From Carcharhinus amblyrhynchos (taxonomy: Eukaryota), in contig OZ336885.1 in the NCBI GenBank assembly GCA_965287045.1, positions 24,056,001 to 24,120,000 of the forward strand: DNA of 64,000 bases, read 5' to 3'. Position 1 is the stretch's first letter, and the number at the start of each line of letters is the position of its first letter. A program made the position numbers and the translations under genes. The notes beneath the pieces were generated by a model. That model was given only the letters and a program-made list of their open reading frames with translations, was not told the origin of the DNA and did no database searches. Below are positions 11,173 through 24,132 of this stretch, piece by piece.

Positions 11173-13710
11173 GTGCAGCCAGCAGGCTACACCCCACTTT
11201 TTCCATCTGGGTTTTAGTCAAAAATATGAGATAATTCCCTTTAATTGTAATCATTCTCTGGTTTTTTAATTCAAATTAATGCTTAAAAAAAAGACTAAAA
11301 TACTGATTAAAGCAGAATGGCCTATCCACTCAGAAAAATAGATAAAAGATTGTTCTGAGAAGGAAAGGGAAAGCGAGTACACGTAGAGTTGGCACTGTTG
11401 CTGTAATATCCATGTCTCTTTCTGTTTCCCTTCTCACTGTTTCTCAAACAAGCCTCTGAAACGCTTTTGAAATTTGTCCTCAAATTTTCTTCAAGGCTTT
11501 TGAAAAACTAAACAGGAGAAACATCACTCCAGTTGAGCTGGCACAATTCCATTGATGCACACACAAAATGCAGGATCTCCTACCAGTTGACAAAGCTATA
11601 GCTCGGGGGACAAAAAAAAATGGTTAAGTGGTAGAACTAGAATTACCTTTTTGTTTCCGCTGCTGGGTAGCAGAGGTGCTGGGCATCTCATGAGGTCATT
11701 GTCCAATGGACTGATGTTGTGCCGGACTGAACCCAGTAAGCTACTAAGGGCAAGCAACTCACCTTATCTATTTTAATGAGACTTGAAATGGGCCAGATAT
11801 GCCGTCACCGTTCTTGCTTGGCAGGTCTTGCCTGTTCAGCCAGCCTTCAGGTAGAAAATGTAATGAATAAATAGAAACAAAAGAACGTTTTGTAGTTAAT
11901 CGCAGTAACGGGGGTAGGAGGGAGGGATTAATTGCGGAGATGCTCGAAGGTAGTCTGACAGATCGCGGTATTGTTGGTGGAGTGGCAGGAACACCTCCCT
12001 GTTATTTTTTGACACAACAAAATATCTCTGTAAATGAATGGTTCTACACATTCTTTGAGTGGCCACTTTGAAGAATACGAGTTCAGTCTCTTGCACCCTG
12101 CTGTAATAAAACAGAGTCAGGAGCAACAAATTGTAACGGTTACCCTTACAGCAACTAATGCTCCAAATTTTTTGAGGTCAAGAAATGCCTTCTCTTCCTG
12201 TGCGCGTAACAGTGTTTAAAGCCATTTGGTGAAATGAGAAAAGATCTTGGCTTCAAATTATCCACAGAGAACAAGCAAATTCAGTGTTCATTACTCGTCC
12301 GTGCTGCTGTACTCCAAGAATAATGTAGAAACTAACTTTCATTGGCTCATTTTAAATCTCATTCCATATTTATTTACTGAGATGCTGCAAGCAGTGCTTT
12401 AAAAATGCATTAGTAGTACCCTCAGATTACTTCAAAGGAATGAAGGTCATGGTGCAAATGCATTTACTTTGCTTTGTGCTTTGAAATACAATCGCACTGT
12501 GTACAAATTTAGTGTGAAAAATGGAAAATGATTACCAAGACCCAGAGCTGGAAAACAAGGTGTCTTTGGCACATTTTCAGCTCTTGGCCAGTTAGTATTA
12601 TCTCCGAAATAAATAGCCATGCACTGAACTAGCTGAATAATTGATGAGCTGGAAGAGCTTGGGTTTTTTTTTGCAGGAAGTGAGGATCTCAAGAACACTG
12701 GGGCCTTGTGTCACTGTCACAGCTGGCAGCTGTACTCTTACTGAGGTAATCTGCCTTGACTTTAGGTCCTCACACAAATTTGTGCATCCTTCTTAGTGTC
12801 TGACAAGTTATCACTTTGAATTTTCAACTAGTTTCTGAAACTTATCAAAGCAAGATAGATTGCTTTAGTGGGTTTACATCAATGCTTTCTGTGTATATCA
12901 AAACTGCTATGCACAACAACCTGTTTAAAGTTCTTTTGGCAATGCAGATATATTAAAAAAACACTGCATAAGCATTCATAGTATGTTGAATTTTGAATAG
13001 GGTGCTAAAAATACCTAAATTTAATTCAGATGTGAATGAAATGTGTAAAATGCTGCCGCAGATGAAGTGCAATGCATTTGCAGATGAATGATAAAACAAA
13101 ATTCTCTGCGAAACCTGGTGCAAAATAAATGTTTAGTTTCAATAGAATGTCGTGATTGCTTAAAAACTCAATGGACAAAGTACACAGAGAAATCACAGCA
13201 GCAATTTGAAAGAATTGATAAGACAGTGATGGCTGTGAAGTTTGTACAGCACATTAAATAAAATCCAGTCGTACAGTCTTTGTGTGCCATTCTTTTTAAC
13301 GCTCCTGTTTTGCAGATGTTCTTTGTTTGTTGACAGCACTATTTTCACAAACTTTACCTTAAATTAATCCATTACTTTGAAGATCTTCACAAATTCATTT
13401 TCAGCAATATACATGAATATGCTCGGCTGCAAAAGAAATTGCACGTTCATTTTATTTTCTAGATTTTCCCAGGAAAACACAGCAATATTCTGGTGGCAGG
13501 TAACTTGGCATCATGACTGGTTTCATACTTGGAAAGCAGTAACTCCCAATTGAATTTCTGCTCTGTCCTCTTTGTATCGTTAACCTTGTAAGAGCCTGGT
13601 AGAGGTTCTAGCACTAATGAGGCATGTCACAGACCACGCAGATGTTATCTGCGAGGGCATCTCAACTTGAAACACTGGTATAGTTTTGGTTTTGGAATAG
13701 TGAGGAGTCA

Positions 13711-14823
13711 TGTGAAACTGCCAGTAAGAATAACTAGACCAGTTAACAATTACTAAAGATTATTTATTAAATGAAAGAAAAGACAAATTCACATGACCAA
13801 GCCTATAACATTATAACACTATTAAATATATGAAATACTAAACACACACAGTTTGTAAAGAAATTATCCCTTGTTCCAAAATATGTATATATCTGCAATT
13901 CTTGAACCTTAAGACTTTCCCATTCCTAAACAACTTCCAAATAAAATAAACCTACCAATCAAATCCAGCTTATAATTATCACATAATACAAGACAAACTG
14001 TCGAGTCTGGAAAATGTCCTTTCCTGGTCCAGTGAAAATATTTAAACTACCTTTGTGAAGATTCCTGTACTATCTTGGCTCTAAGACTTATTAGGTGTTA
14101 CAATGGCTTCTCAAACTCTTAGCTGTAAAGCTAACCTCTCCAGCTCTTAGATGTTACAATGCCTTCTGGGCTGTTAGATATTAAACTGGCCTCCCAGTTG
14201 TGAGATGTTAAACCAACCTACTTGCATCTGCAGTTGCTGGCAATTAAACCTCTGTGATTTACCCCTTTGTGTATTTGGGCTGTCTGCACCTCTCACATTG
14301 CATGACTCTCAAATTAGCATCTATATGCCTCCACTGCTCTCTTAGTCATCTAGATAAGCTGTTTCCTGATGCTAGCTATTTACACTTGACTCTGTTTGCT
14401 AATCCCTACTGGGAAAGATTGCTTTTCATCATCCCCTTTGAATTCTGGCTACTGTTGTCGCAAAGCAGGTCTTTACCTATTGCTGGGCAATACTGGGTAG
14501 CAGGATGCGAACATCCAAAGCCAGCAAGGCTCAATCATCCTGAGTCATTTTCAAAACCTAAGTACCTATTTTCCAAGCACTGGCACCCTATGTTATTAAA
14601 ACAATTGTGTCTGTATAATTCCTATGTCATAATATTGTGGAGATTTTTCTCTTCCACCAGAAAGGTTTTAGAACCAAAGACTGTTGAGTATTGAAAGAAT
14701 CGGATCCTATCATTTTAATTCCCCTTTTCAGTCAGCAGACAATTAGATACCAAACAAGTACCAAGAAAAATATTGCCCTTAACACACAACTGCCATGGTA
14801 ATTGATCATCCAGTTCCTTCACA
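13711..14823 (-). mobile_element. Candidate solo LTR
   Basis: Termini TGTGAAactg...cagttccTTCACA; tttatt near the left end (AATAAA on the minus strand); internal 27-28 bp repeats; no clear TSD. Confidence 0.5.
14091..14228. repeat. Degenerate tandem repeat, five units of 27-28 bp
   Basis: Units start at 14091, 14119, 14147, 14174 and 14201 with ttaggtgtta / ttagctgtaa / ttagatgtta / ttagatatta / tgagatgtta. Confidence 0.75.
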
Positions 14824-15745
14824 CACTTAAAAGTAATGGTTCAAACCTTCCTTATGAGGTCCACAGGATTCCCATCATAACTTCCAGGGAGTCCAGCTGA
14901 TCATCCTAGAGACCAGCACCTGGAAGCACTGGGTCCTTGCTGACTCTGGATGTTTGCATCCTGCCTTATTAGTGCTAGAACCTCTACCTGGGTCTTACAA
15001 GGTCAGTGATACAAAGAGGACAGAGCAGAGTTTCTGCTGGGATTTAAGCCAAGTTGAGGTATATTTACGACCAGAATATTCCTGTGTTAATAAACACAGG
15101 AATAAAGAAAATAAAGGGAAACATTCAAAAAATGGATTTAGCCCTAAACATAGGCAGTCAACCAGAGACTCCATGGAGCCTTCTAGGGGTGGGGTGGGGG
15201 GGGGAGGGGGATATCAGGCAGCTGGGTAACTCCAACCCCTTCTGTTGTCAGACAGTTACAAATTACCAGTCAACGTGGGACAGTGAAGTGTCAGAGCTGC
15301 ACCATAGGCACCTACCAACACCATGCTAATTTGGTGATCTTATTGACTGTAATGTTGGGTAGGGACAGCACTGGGAAGCATTATTCAGAACCTAGCAGCT
15401 AGGTCAGGATTGTGGAGTCAAGTGGCTTAACTAATTACTTCAAATATAAAAAGTAATGCAGACTTGAATTAGGGTGATTTTTTTATTTCAGTTTGTCAGA
15501 TTGATCAAAAATAAAAAATAAAACAACCTTAATCCAGGCTCACATAACTTTTTACATTGGCAGTAGTCAGCTAAACCTTATGTCATGGCTCCTCCTTAGT
15601 AGAATCCTGTCCTGCTTGGTGTCCCTTTTGAGTATTGGGGATTAGGTACTCTATCACTTTTATCAGACCACTAATTGACCACTTTTGTTGTAGAGGCCAC
15701 GGAGGTGAATTTGCAACTGAACTTTTAGCAAAGAAGTAGAAGCTT

Positions 15746-16040
15746 AAGTTTATATATTAGTGTCACAAGTCGGCTTATATTAACACTGCAATGAAGTTAC
15801 TGTGAAAATCCTCCAGTCGCCACACTCCGGTATCTGTTCAGGTACACCAAGGGAGAATTTAGCATGGTCAGTGCACCTAACCAGCACCTCTCTCTTTCAG
15901 ACTGAGAGAGGAAACCGAAGCACCCGGAGGAAACCCATGCAGACATGGGGAGAACGTGCAGACCCCGCGCAAACAGTCACCCATGCCAGCGAATTGAACC
16001 CTGGTCGCTGGCACTGTGAGGCAGCAGTGCTAACCATTGT
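15746..16040 (-). mobile_element. HE1-type V-SINE, tail type B (head split by a CR1 insertion; remainder ~16359-16372)
   Basis: Body and B box intact; tail (reverse complement) gtgttaatataagccgacttgtgacactaat. Confidence 0.9.
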
Positions 16041-16358
16041 AAGAACATAATAAGAACATAAGAAATAGGAGCAGGAGTAGGCCATCTAGCCCTTCGAGCC
16101 TTCCCCGCCATTCAATAAGATCATGGCTGATCTGTCGTGGCTCAGTTCCACTTTCCCGCCCTCTCCCCATAACCCTTAATCCCCTTGCCTATCAAAAACC
16201 TATCAACCCGCGTCTTAAATACATTTAGCGAGGCAGCCTCCACCATTTCAACGGGCAGAGAATTCCAGAGATTCACCACCCTTTGAGTGAAGAAGTTCCT
16301 CCTCAACTCCGTTCTAAACCGCCCCCCCTTTATCTTGAGGCTGTGCCCTCTAGTCCTA
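16041..16358 (-). mobile_element. Young CR1 (HER1-like) LINE 3' end
   Basis: Uninterrupted RTRGHSLKIKGGRFRTELRRNFFTQRVVNLWNSLP...FKTRVDRFL..KGIKGYG; tail aagaacataagaaataggagcagg. Confidence 0.92.
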
Positions 16359-16876
16359 CTGTTCCACTGTTCAAACAGATGGAGAGTTAGTAAAATAAGT
16401 AAAACATTGGGGACCTGATTCTTCGATTTGCAATGCCATGGAATTGTGAGATCATTGAATTGCACCTCATATGCACCGGACCCTCAGATTTTCATCAATA
16501 TCTCTTTATGTATTCTAAATGTATTCAAGTAACAGTTGTGTGCAATGCAGGCTAACATGTCCATTCATTTTACATAGAATCCAGAGGCATGTCTCTGGTA
16601 TGAGTCATTATTCAAAAAGTTTTCAAAACTCTATGGTTTTTTTTTAATTTTAAAACTTCCAGTGCAGAACTTTGGAAGAGTAAATCACCAGGCATTTGAG
16701 AGTGGAGGTCAGAGCAGCTAATTCATCACAAATTAAATGTTCTAATCTTTGTATCTAAATTCTCAATGTGTGCACTTGTTTTCAGATCTCTGTGCCAGGA
16801 GTACTAAATCATATATCAATTCCATTAACGTATTGCACACGGTTCTTATATGGGTCAGTCTTTTTCGTGGAATATT

Positions 16877-17588
16877 GGGCAGAATTCTCACAACCAGCCT
16901 GCGGCGTGTTTTGTGGCGGGTGGGCACAGTGAAATTTGCGGGAGCCGAAAAGTCGGAAAACCATCGGTGTAAAATCACATTGCAAATCTCCCAGTGGTGG
17001 ATTAATGGCGGGTTGCATGTCCCGCTGGCTGGTGGCGTCAACGCCATTTGCATTCATTTGCATCTCATGAATGCTCATTAAAATAACTGCCCGTACTGCC
17101 TTCCTGTCAGACCTTCCAATCTTTGCTTCATGGCAACAAGAATTTATGGCAGTGTCAAATGAGCTGATGAGTCGTGTGCTAAAGGCAGTCCACAGTTCAC
17201 CAGAGACTTCAAGGTGAGTGCAACTGCTTTCTGCCTGGATGCTGCGCTGCGCACTTTGGGGGTGATGGGCTTGGGGGAAGGGTGTATGAATCAAAGAACA
17301 GACTCATTGAAGGTGCGAGCCTTTTCCCTCTGGGTTGCTGACATCCTGCACGGTCTGGTGAAGACAGGTGGCTGGAGAGAGTGATGTGGGTGTGCTGGAC
17401 TGGTGGTTGCATGTGGCGTTGGGACCTTCAACCCTGGAAGCTGAGGGCGGGCACACGAATCAGCTGCCAGGAGCATTGGAGGGGGACTCGCTTGTGCATA
17501 ATTAATGAGCTTCCAAGCAGAGTCTGGCGCTGGATCCTGCTATTCTGGTCACTGGGACAGGTGCCACTGGAGCTACCTGCCACGCACA
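16877..17588. mobile_element. Harbinger-like non-autonomous element fragment
   Basis: TIR-type start gggcagaattctc followed by GC-rich subterminal sequence. Confidence 0.5.
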
Positions 17589-17714
17589 GGCCGGAATTTT
17601 ACCACCCTGCCTGTCATGGGAATCGGAGCAGGTGAGGGGGCGGACCATGGAAAGGTCCATTGACCTCAGACAGGATTTTACGGTTCAGGACGAGCGAGGC
17701 AGTAAAATCCCGCT
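17589..17714. mobile_element. Harbinger/PIF-type MITE
   Basis: TIR ggccggaattttac / gtaaaatcccgct, 3-bp flanking duplication ACA; related inverted copy at 20465-20600. Confidence 0.75.
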
Positions 17715-18947
17715 ACACACAGTGTCAAAATGGAAGCATTCTGTCCACTGTTTCTTTAAAGAGGAATCGATGGAAGCTGACCAGCGTCTTCCCTGCGCAT
17801 GGGGCACTAAGTTACGAAGAGAGGCAGAACCGGACTCATTTTCACCAGAGAATACGTTCGAGAAGAGATTAATGTATTCAAGCGTTTAAAGTGATGAGAT
17901 GGGAAACTGTGGAAAAGCATTTTTATTCCATGCAGCGCAGTAATTTAATAGAACTGACACATTTTACTTAAAAAAAAAAATCAGCATTCAGCTGTTTATG
18001 AGCTTTCCAGCACTGGCATGAATTTGGCCAAAAATCAAGATTTCTACCTAAAGTACTGTATCCTGCCCAGCAGAGAAATTACAAAACATTTCACGCAATG
18101 CAATAATACCTTTTCTGTTTGTGTCACTGATAAGTGCTTCTTGCCCTTATCTCTCAAAGGTACATGTTTAAATTAATGATTTCCATTAATAAAAGAGCTT
18201 GGACTGCTATTTCTCCTTTTGTGAGCCTCATGATATTACTCAGGGGAGGATACATTCGGGAGGAATTTGAGACGGCCCACTGCCTTAGCCAGTTGCCCTT
18301 GCTTATGAGATCAAAATTCAGAGTAGACGCATGACCAAAGAAAAGGAAAAATCAGGCCTTCTATCATGCTAATCCTGTAAAATAGAATGAATTGATTTGC
18401 CCTAAAAGCGTACATAATAACTCAGTGGTTTCAGTGCCTCTCCCATGTGGTGCAGAAATAATCTTACTCTTCCTGTTGACAGAGTGTAACATCTTTAATT
18501 AAGTAGGACTGAGAGGCATGTAATGGTTTAGTAACCTCAGACTGGTGACTGTTGACCTTTAACCCTGACCCCTGTCCTTTCTCTAATCATGGCAACATTT
18601 TAACACCAGCAAGCACAAAAGTGAAATAGTCTTCTAGTGACCTTATAATACGTGTAACTCAGAATTTTTAAACTGAAAGGGTGACTTTTCAACTTGCAGG
18701 CAGCTTCACCTGTCAGCAGCTCAATCCAGACGTTTGGGCACAAGCTGGAAATGATATTCTGAACGTACAAATTCACAACAACGTCATGTTCTGCATAAGT
18801 ACTGTCAGAGGCCAGCACAAAGTCCAAAAATAGCACCACGGGGATCGACTGTACCTTTCTTATGACAGTCATTTCCTTATATAGCATTAGCTGTACTGAA
18901 TTTGAGGAAACACTTATAAATATACATAACATGATGAATTGGTTTAA

Positions 18948-19210
18948 GGTTTGTTTATTGGTGTCATAAGTAAGCTTACATTAACACTGCAATGAATCTC
19001 CTAATTGCCACACTCTGGCATCTATTTGCTTGGCCAATGCACCTAACCAGCACGTCTTTCGGACTTGTGGGAGGAAACCAGAGCACCCGGGAGAAACCCA
19101 CAGAGATACACAAGAACATGCAGACTTCGCACAGTCACCCAAATGGGGAATCGAACCCGAGTCCCTGGCACTGTGAGGCAGCAGTGCTAACCACTGTGCC
19201 ATTGTGGTGC
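18948..19210 (-). mobile_element. HE1-type V-SINE, tail type B
   Basis: A and B boxes, V body, tail (reverse complement) tgtaagcttacttatgacaccaataaac. Confidence 0.9.
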
Positions 19211-19630
19211 CGGAATATAACCTTATTAAACACACAACCAGCACTGGTTACAGTAAAAAACAGAACTTCAGAGAATTTGAGAGAGTAGGACATATTGGAC
19301 GTAAGTAGAAAGTGCAAAATAAAGCAGGAAAATCAGGAAAATAATAGAAATTCATTTCAGCAGAAAGAAAAATATCTTTAGAGGTGACTGATAGATTCAG
19401 AGAGGGGTAGTGATAACGAAGAAAGATTATAAAATGCATAATTTAAACATTTTGAAGTATTTATAGCCACTCTCGTAACTTGGAATTAGATTCACTTGGG
19501 CATTGGATCAAGTCCTGAACATTTCTGTATGAATGTCCCCTACCCATTCTACTACACTCCCAACTTTGGTGCCATGAACCTGGGACAATTTAACTGCTGA
19601 ACCACCACTCTGCTGCTTAACTGCTTAAGT

Positions 19631-19866
19631 ATCTGGAATTAAGAATCTATTGATGACCATGAAGTAATTGTCAAAAAACCCCATCTGGTTCACTAATGTC
19701 CTTCAGGGAAGGAAATCTGCCGTCCTTACCTGGTCTGGCCTATTTGTGACTCCAGAGCCACAGCAATGTGGTTGACTCTCAACTGCCCTCCAAGGGCAAC
19801 CAGGGAATGGGCAATAAATGCTGGCCAGCCAGTGACGTCTATGTCCCACGAATGAATTTTTTAAAA
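19631..19866 (+). mobile_element. tRNA-derived SINE family C, 5'-truncated
   Basis: Matches 8536-8785; tail gggaatgggcaataaatgctggccagccagtgacg..tgtcccacgaatgaat. Confidence 0.85.
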
Positions 19867-20464
19867 ACTGAAGCGTGCAAAAAGTGACAGCTATCTGATA
19901 GGCAAGAATGGAAGTTTAAATAGGAGAGAGGCTTGCCTGCAAGAGGGTAAATCATAGGGAGAGCTCTTCAAGATAGTCTCCCAGCAGGTAAGTGGTTGTA
20001 GTGAGTCTGAGTTAGGAGAACCCTAAACCTTCCTAAATGAGCCAGGAAGAGTTCCCATGTTCTTCCTACTCCAACAAGGAAAGTAAAAATACTTATTTTA
20101 GCTTCAGATCTGGAATCTTCTTTCCATTCAGGCCAGAGTTTAAATCATGGGCCTGGATTCAAAACTGGCAAGTTGGATGGAAAGAGGGAATCCACTCAAG
20201 GTCTTGCTCCTTTAGCATCTTGTTTGCTTGTGCTCTGGCCTGCAAAAAAAAACAGGTGCTCAAACACACAAAGGGTTAGTTGTGTTGTCTCATGACTCTC
20301 TCTTTCCAATTGCTCAGTGATCCAAATTTGGACACATTTCGTGGATTCTAGTTGCTAGCCTGTCATGATTACATTATGTCCATCACCAGTGTCAAAATTT
20401 CAAAGTAGCACCCAGTTGAATGACCAGTCTTCACATCAATGGCTTTGGAATGAAGAAGGTAGAA

Positions 20465-20600
20465 GGTGAGATTTTCCAGCTGCTTGTGCCCCAAGCCTGG
20501 AAATTCCTGTCCGACCTCAGCGAACCTTTACATGATCTGCAGAATTTTCTGCCTCGCCCGCTACACTTCCCGCAGCGGGCAAGATGGGAAATTTTCGGCC
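20465..20600. mobile_element. MITE, same family as 17589-17714
   Basis: gagattttcc...gggaaattttcggcc; interior colinear with the reverse complement of the 17589 copy. Confidence 0.65.
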
Positions 20601-21254
20601 AGAGTGACAGAAATGACCAGCCATTTTTGATTGTGAGTTCAAGTCATTGGAATATAGCTTTAGTCACTATAAAAATTCAATTAGTGGTTTCCAGCCTGTA
20701 AATTTGTAAAGTCATTTTTCACAAGCATGACTTCATTACAATGCAGATTTAAAGAAGGAACCACCTAACTCCTTGCAACCCCTGTTTTAAGCTTTAAAAT
20801 GACGAGATCCAGTTGGGACATTAACAGGTAAACCATGCAGCCAATTTTAACTTCCCATTCAGTTAAAATCGTGTCCTTATACTGTAAAGTATCGGTTAGA
20901 AACTGATGTACATAGGAATAACTGAGAATGGTTTTGGGATATTTTCTAAAGTAAAGGTGCTGCTAATACAGATTGCTGTTGAGTTTAAATATGTTTCACA
21001 AGATAAAATATCAATTTACTTCTATTGAGAAGCAAAAACAAAATCCCACAATGTTGCAACTTAAAGCGAAGAAAATGTAAATTAGAAAGAAGAGAAAAAC
21101 GTTTGCATGCATTTTCTAGATATCGAGCCACTCTCAAGATTTCACTACATTTAATTATTTTAGATTATTATGTTAGTAAACATCTCAGCCAACATGAACT
21201 TATCAAGGTCCCACAAAGAGCAATGAGTTTAATCATCATCTATTTTTTTGATAT

Positions 21255-21478
21255 TGATTGAGGAATAAAATTTGTCTCGCTCACTAGGAGAATTCTCCTG
21301 CTTTTCTTGAAGTAGTGCTTTTGGATGTTTTATGGATTGAACCTTGATTGAATCTGTCATCCAAAAAATTACAACTGCAACTAACAGCACTTACTCGTGC
21401 CAGTTTAGGATAGGGTTCAAAGTTGTGCAATGGGACTTGGAGCTACAACCTTCTTACTCAGAGGCAAGAGTAGCACCA
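21255..21478 (-). mobile_element. Deu-domain SINE (SacSINE1/AmnSINE-related), degenerate
   Basis: ggagaattctcctgcttttcttgaagtagtgc...tcatccaaaa...tgggacttggagctacaaccttcttactcagaggcaagag resembles a reverse-complemented tRNA head plus Deu domain. Confidence 0.65.
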
Positions 21479-21691
21479 TGCCAACATGTGTATGAGGAAA
21501 TTATGATCAAAGGATGACAGGAATAATGTAGAGAGGAAAGCTAAATAAATTTTAACAAAGAGAAAACCGACAGCCATCCCAGAATACTTGGCTCTACCTC
21601 TCCACCATCTTTGCTAGCTTTGCAATGACTTCTATACTGTTAAGCTGTCTGTCCAATATCAGATCATGGATAAATCAATACTTACTTTAAT

Positions 21692-21800
21692 TATAAAAGC
21701 AAAATTTTGAGTACTGAAAAAACTCAAGTGGGTTTGGCAGCATCTGTGGAGACAAAAACACAGACTAAACAGTTTGAGTCCAGTGTGACTCTTCTCACTT
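21692..21800 (-). mobile_element. Penelope terminal fragment
   Basis: ctgaaaaaactca..tttggcagcatctgtggaga...tttgagtcc matches the reverse complement of 8040-8225. Confidence 0.65.
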
Positions 21801-21959
21801 TAATTAGACATTGGAAGACCAAAGCCATGGTTTCCAGTCCCTGCTATAAATTCTGTTCCCTTACTACTGATACCACCTTCCTACCATTGTATAAGACTTT
21901 GTCAGATCACACAGAAAGTTGGTGCCCTATTCTATCCACAGCTTAGCTTCAGATCCCAC

Positions 21960-22185
21960 CCAGCAAACTCCATAACCTCTATTGTGTTCAAAGTTCTAAA
22001 TAAATACTGTCTTGTTACAAAGCCCACTTTCCCATTTCCACTCTCTTTGCTGACCTGCATTGACTCCCCCTCTCTGATGTATTAGATTTATAATACAGGT
22101 TTCTATCTTTAAATGTCGCCATGATCTCAACAGATTCTTCCAGCCTGCAGTCCTCCATCACATATATATCCTGACTGCCTTTCAC
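21960..22185 (+). mobile_element. Old L2 ORF2 fragment
   Basis: PISTLFADLH*LP resembles L2 PITPVLADLHWLP; probably resumes after the SINE at ~22507-22680. Confidence 0.55.
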
Positions 22186-22187
22186 CT

Positions 22188-22506
22188 CACGGTGACATAG
22201 TAGTTAGCACTGCTGTCTCACAGCGCCAGGGACGTGGGTTCAATTCCAGCCTTGGGTGACTGACTGTACGGAGTTTGCACATTCTCCCTGTGGCTGCGTG
22301 GGTTTCCCCGGGTGCTCCACTTTTCCACAGTCCAAGTATGTGTGGGTTAAATTGACTGGCCATGATAAATTGCCCCTCAATGTCAGGGGGATTAGGAGGA
22401 TAAATATGTGAGGTTATGGGGATAGGACAGGACCTGGGTGGGATTGTTGTCAGTGCAGTCTCTGGACCAAATGGCCCTAAGCCACTCTGTAGATTTTATG
22501 ATTCTA
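22188..22506 (+). mobile_element. HE1 V-SINE, tail A
   Basis: Full head and body; tail ccaaatggcc...ctgtagattttatgattcta. Confidence 0.9.
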
Positions 22507-23369
22507 CGTTGACACTGAGCTGTTAGTCCTATTCTCTGCAACTCGTTCCTTAAAACCTTTCTCCTTCTCATTTCTCTCTGCTTTTAATCCTTCTGAAAGT
22601 TCAGTTTCTTAATGAAGCATTTAGAAGGCTATCCTAATTCTATTAAGATTGATTTTGTGATGCAAATGAGGCATTGTCTGAACCAGTGGGGCCTGAAACT
22701 TGGAGACCCATACTTTGCAGATAACATCTGCCTCATTAATAAAAATATATGGATGAGATGTGAAAGAAGATGAACAAATGTGCAGATACAGCTCGAGAAA
22801 TTAGGTTATACATTCGTGGTGCGAAACTCATGTTGTGAAAGTTAAGGTAGACTCCGAGTAAGAACTGCACCTGGCAGGTTAAGTGTTGCAAACTCGACAT
22901 TTTTACAGTTATTTGGGCAGTGTGTTGTAGGATAATGGAGATTGCATGTTAGATGTCAAAGTTCATTGTGCGAAAAGCTAGTGCGATTGGAGAAAAAGAA
23001 CAGAGCTAAGAATTTTGAAGAACAATGTGCTGACTGTGTATTCATGTGGATCAGAAATGTAGTAATCTAACGAAAACATCCAAAAGAAATTCAACAGCAT
23101 CCAGTCTAGATACCTGCAGCACTTTGTTAATATCTGAGTGTTTAACAAAATGACTAATGAAAGTGTAATTAATCAATAAAGATTGCATGACTCCTTGTAG
23201 CAGCTTCAAAGAGAAAATGGACCCACTTTGGTCATATTCTCAGAATGACTCACACAGAGACTGCAAAGCAAATATAGAAATGGATGTCACAAGAGGAAAG
23301 ACGTAGAGGGTGACTAAGAGGATCTTTTTTCAATACAGTAAGAATGCTTCCTCCATGGCATCACGTCTT

Positions 23370-24132
23370 AGGAGTTTGATTACTGCTGGAGTGGGCTTTG
23401 GTGTGGCTCTTTAACTCTGCCACAGCGTCAGCATTCCTACCTGGTCCACTGGGAAGGAGGTCTTGTTCCAAGAGGTTGTAGATGCCATCAGTAATCCGCT
23501 GCGAAAACCTGAGCCTCGGGAGGAACTGGTGCTCAGACGTATCAAGAAAGTTTATTCTCTGTCTGCCTCTAGACACATCGTCCCTTTTGAACTGCATCTT
23601 TGTGACTATTCCCTCTGCCCATTGGAATTGACTCTGACTGAGAAGAAGGCGGCTGGGACTGCTGTTGATGATGACCTCAGGGCGCAGACTGACACCAGGA
23701 AAATGAGGTGACAGACAGGCTGAACCAACCGATATTGAAGAAGTTGGCAATCGCCTGTCAAGCAATGAAAGCACACTCCCGAGAGAAGTGTTGTGAACAA
23801 TAGCCTCCTACCTGGCATGGCTGAAGCTTTTTAGTTTTACTGTGCAAAGCTTTCCAGCCTCGCAGTTTCACTGAAGCAGTACTAAACTGGTTGACTCTGG
23901 GCTGTTGCTGACAGCTCAGGTATGCTGGCTGTTAAACAAGAATGATTGGCTAAAACAGCAATTAATCACCTATTTGCACATGACACTTACTTAACTGACA
24001 GCTGCGAGCAGGCTTCCCTGCTCACCTGCAAACCCGTCCCAGTGGAACCTGGAAATGGGCAGCGTGTTCTCATAATCCTGACTCAGTTTCACTCATAACC
24101 CTGCCCCTGCCTTGGCAGGGAAAATTCTGTCC
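23370..24132 (-). mobile_element. Harbinger/PIF element 5' part with decayed transposase N-terminus
   Basis: RQRINFLDTSEHQFLPRLRFSQRITDGIYNLLEQDLLPSGPG (~23430-23560) resembles a Harbinger transposase N-terminus; TIR-like gggaaaattctgtcc at 24118-24132. Confidence 0.75.

Noticed and set aside
14091-14228. CRISPR-like array
   Set aside because: The units are contiguous and degenerate with no unique spacers or cas genes, and the DNA is vertebrate
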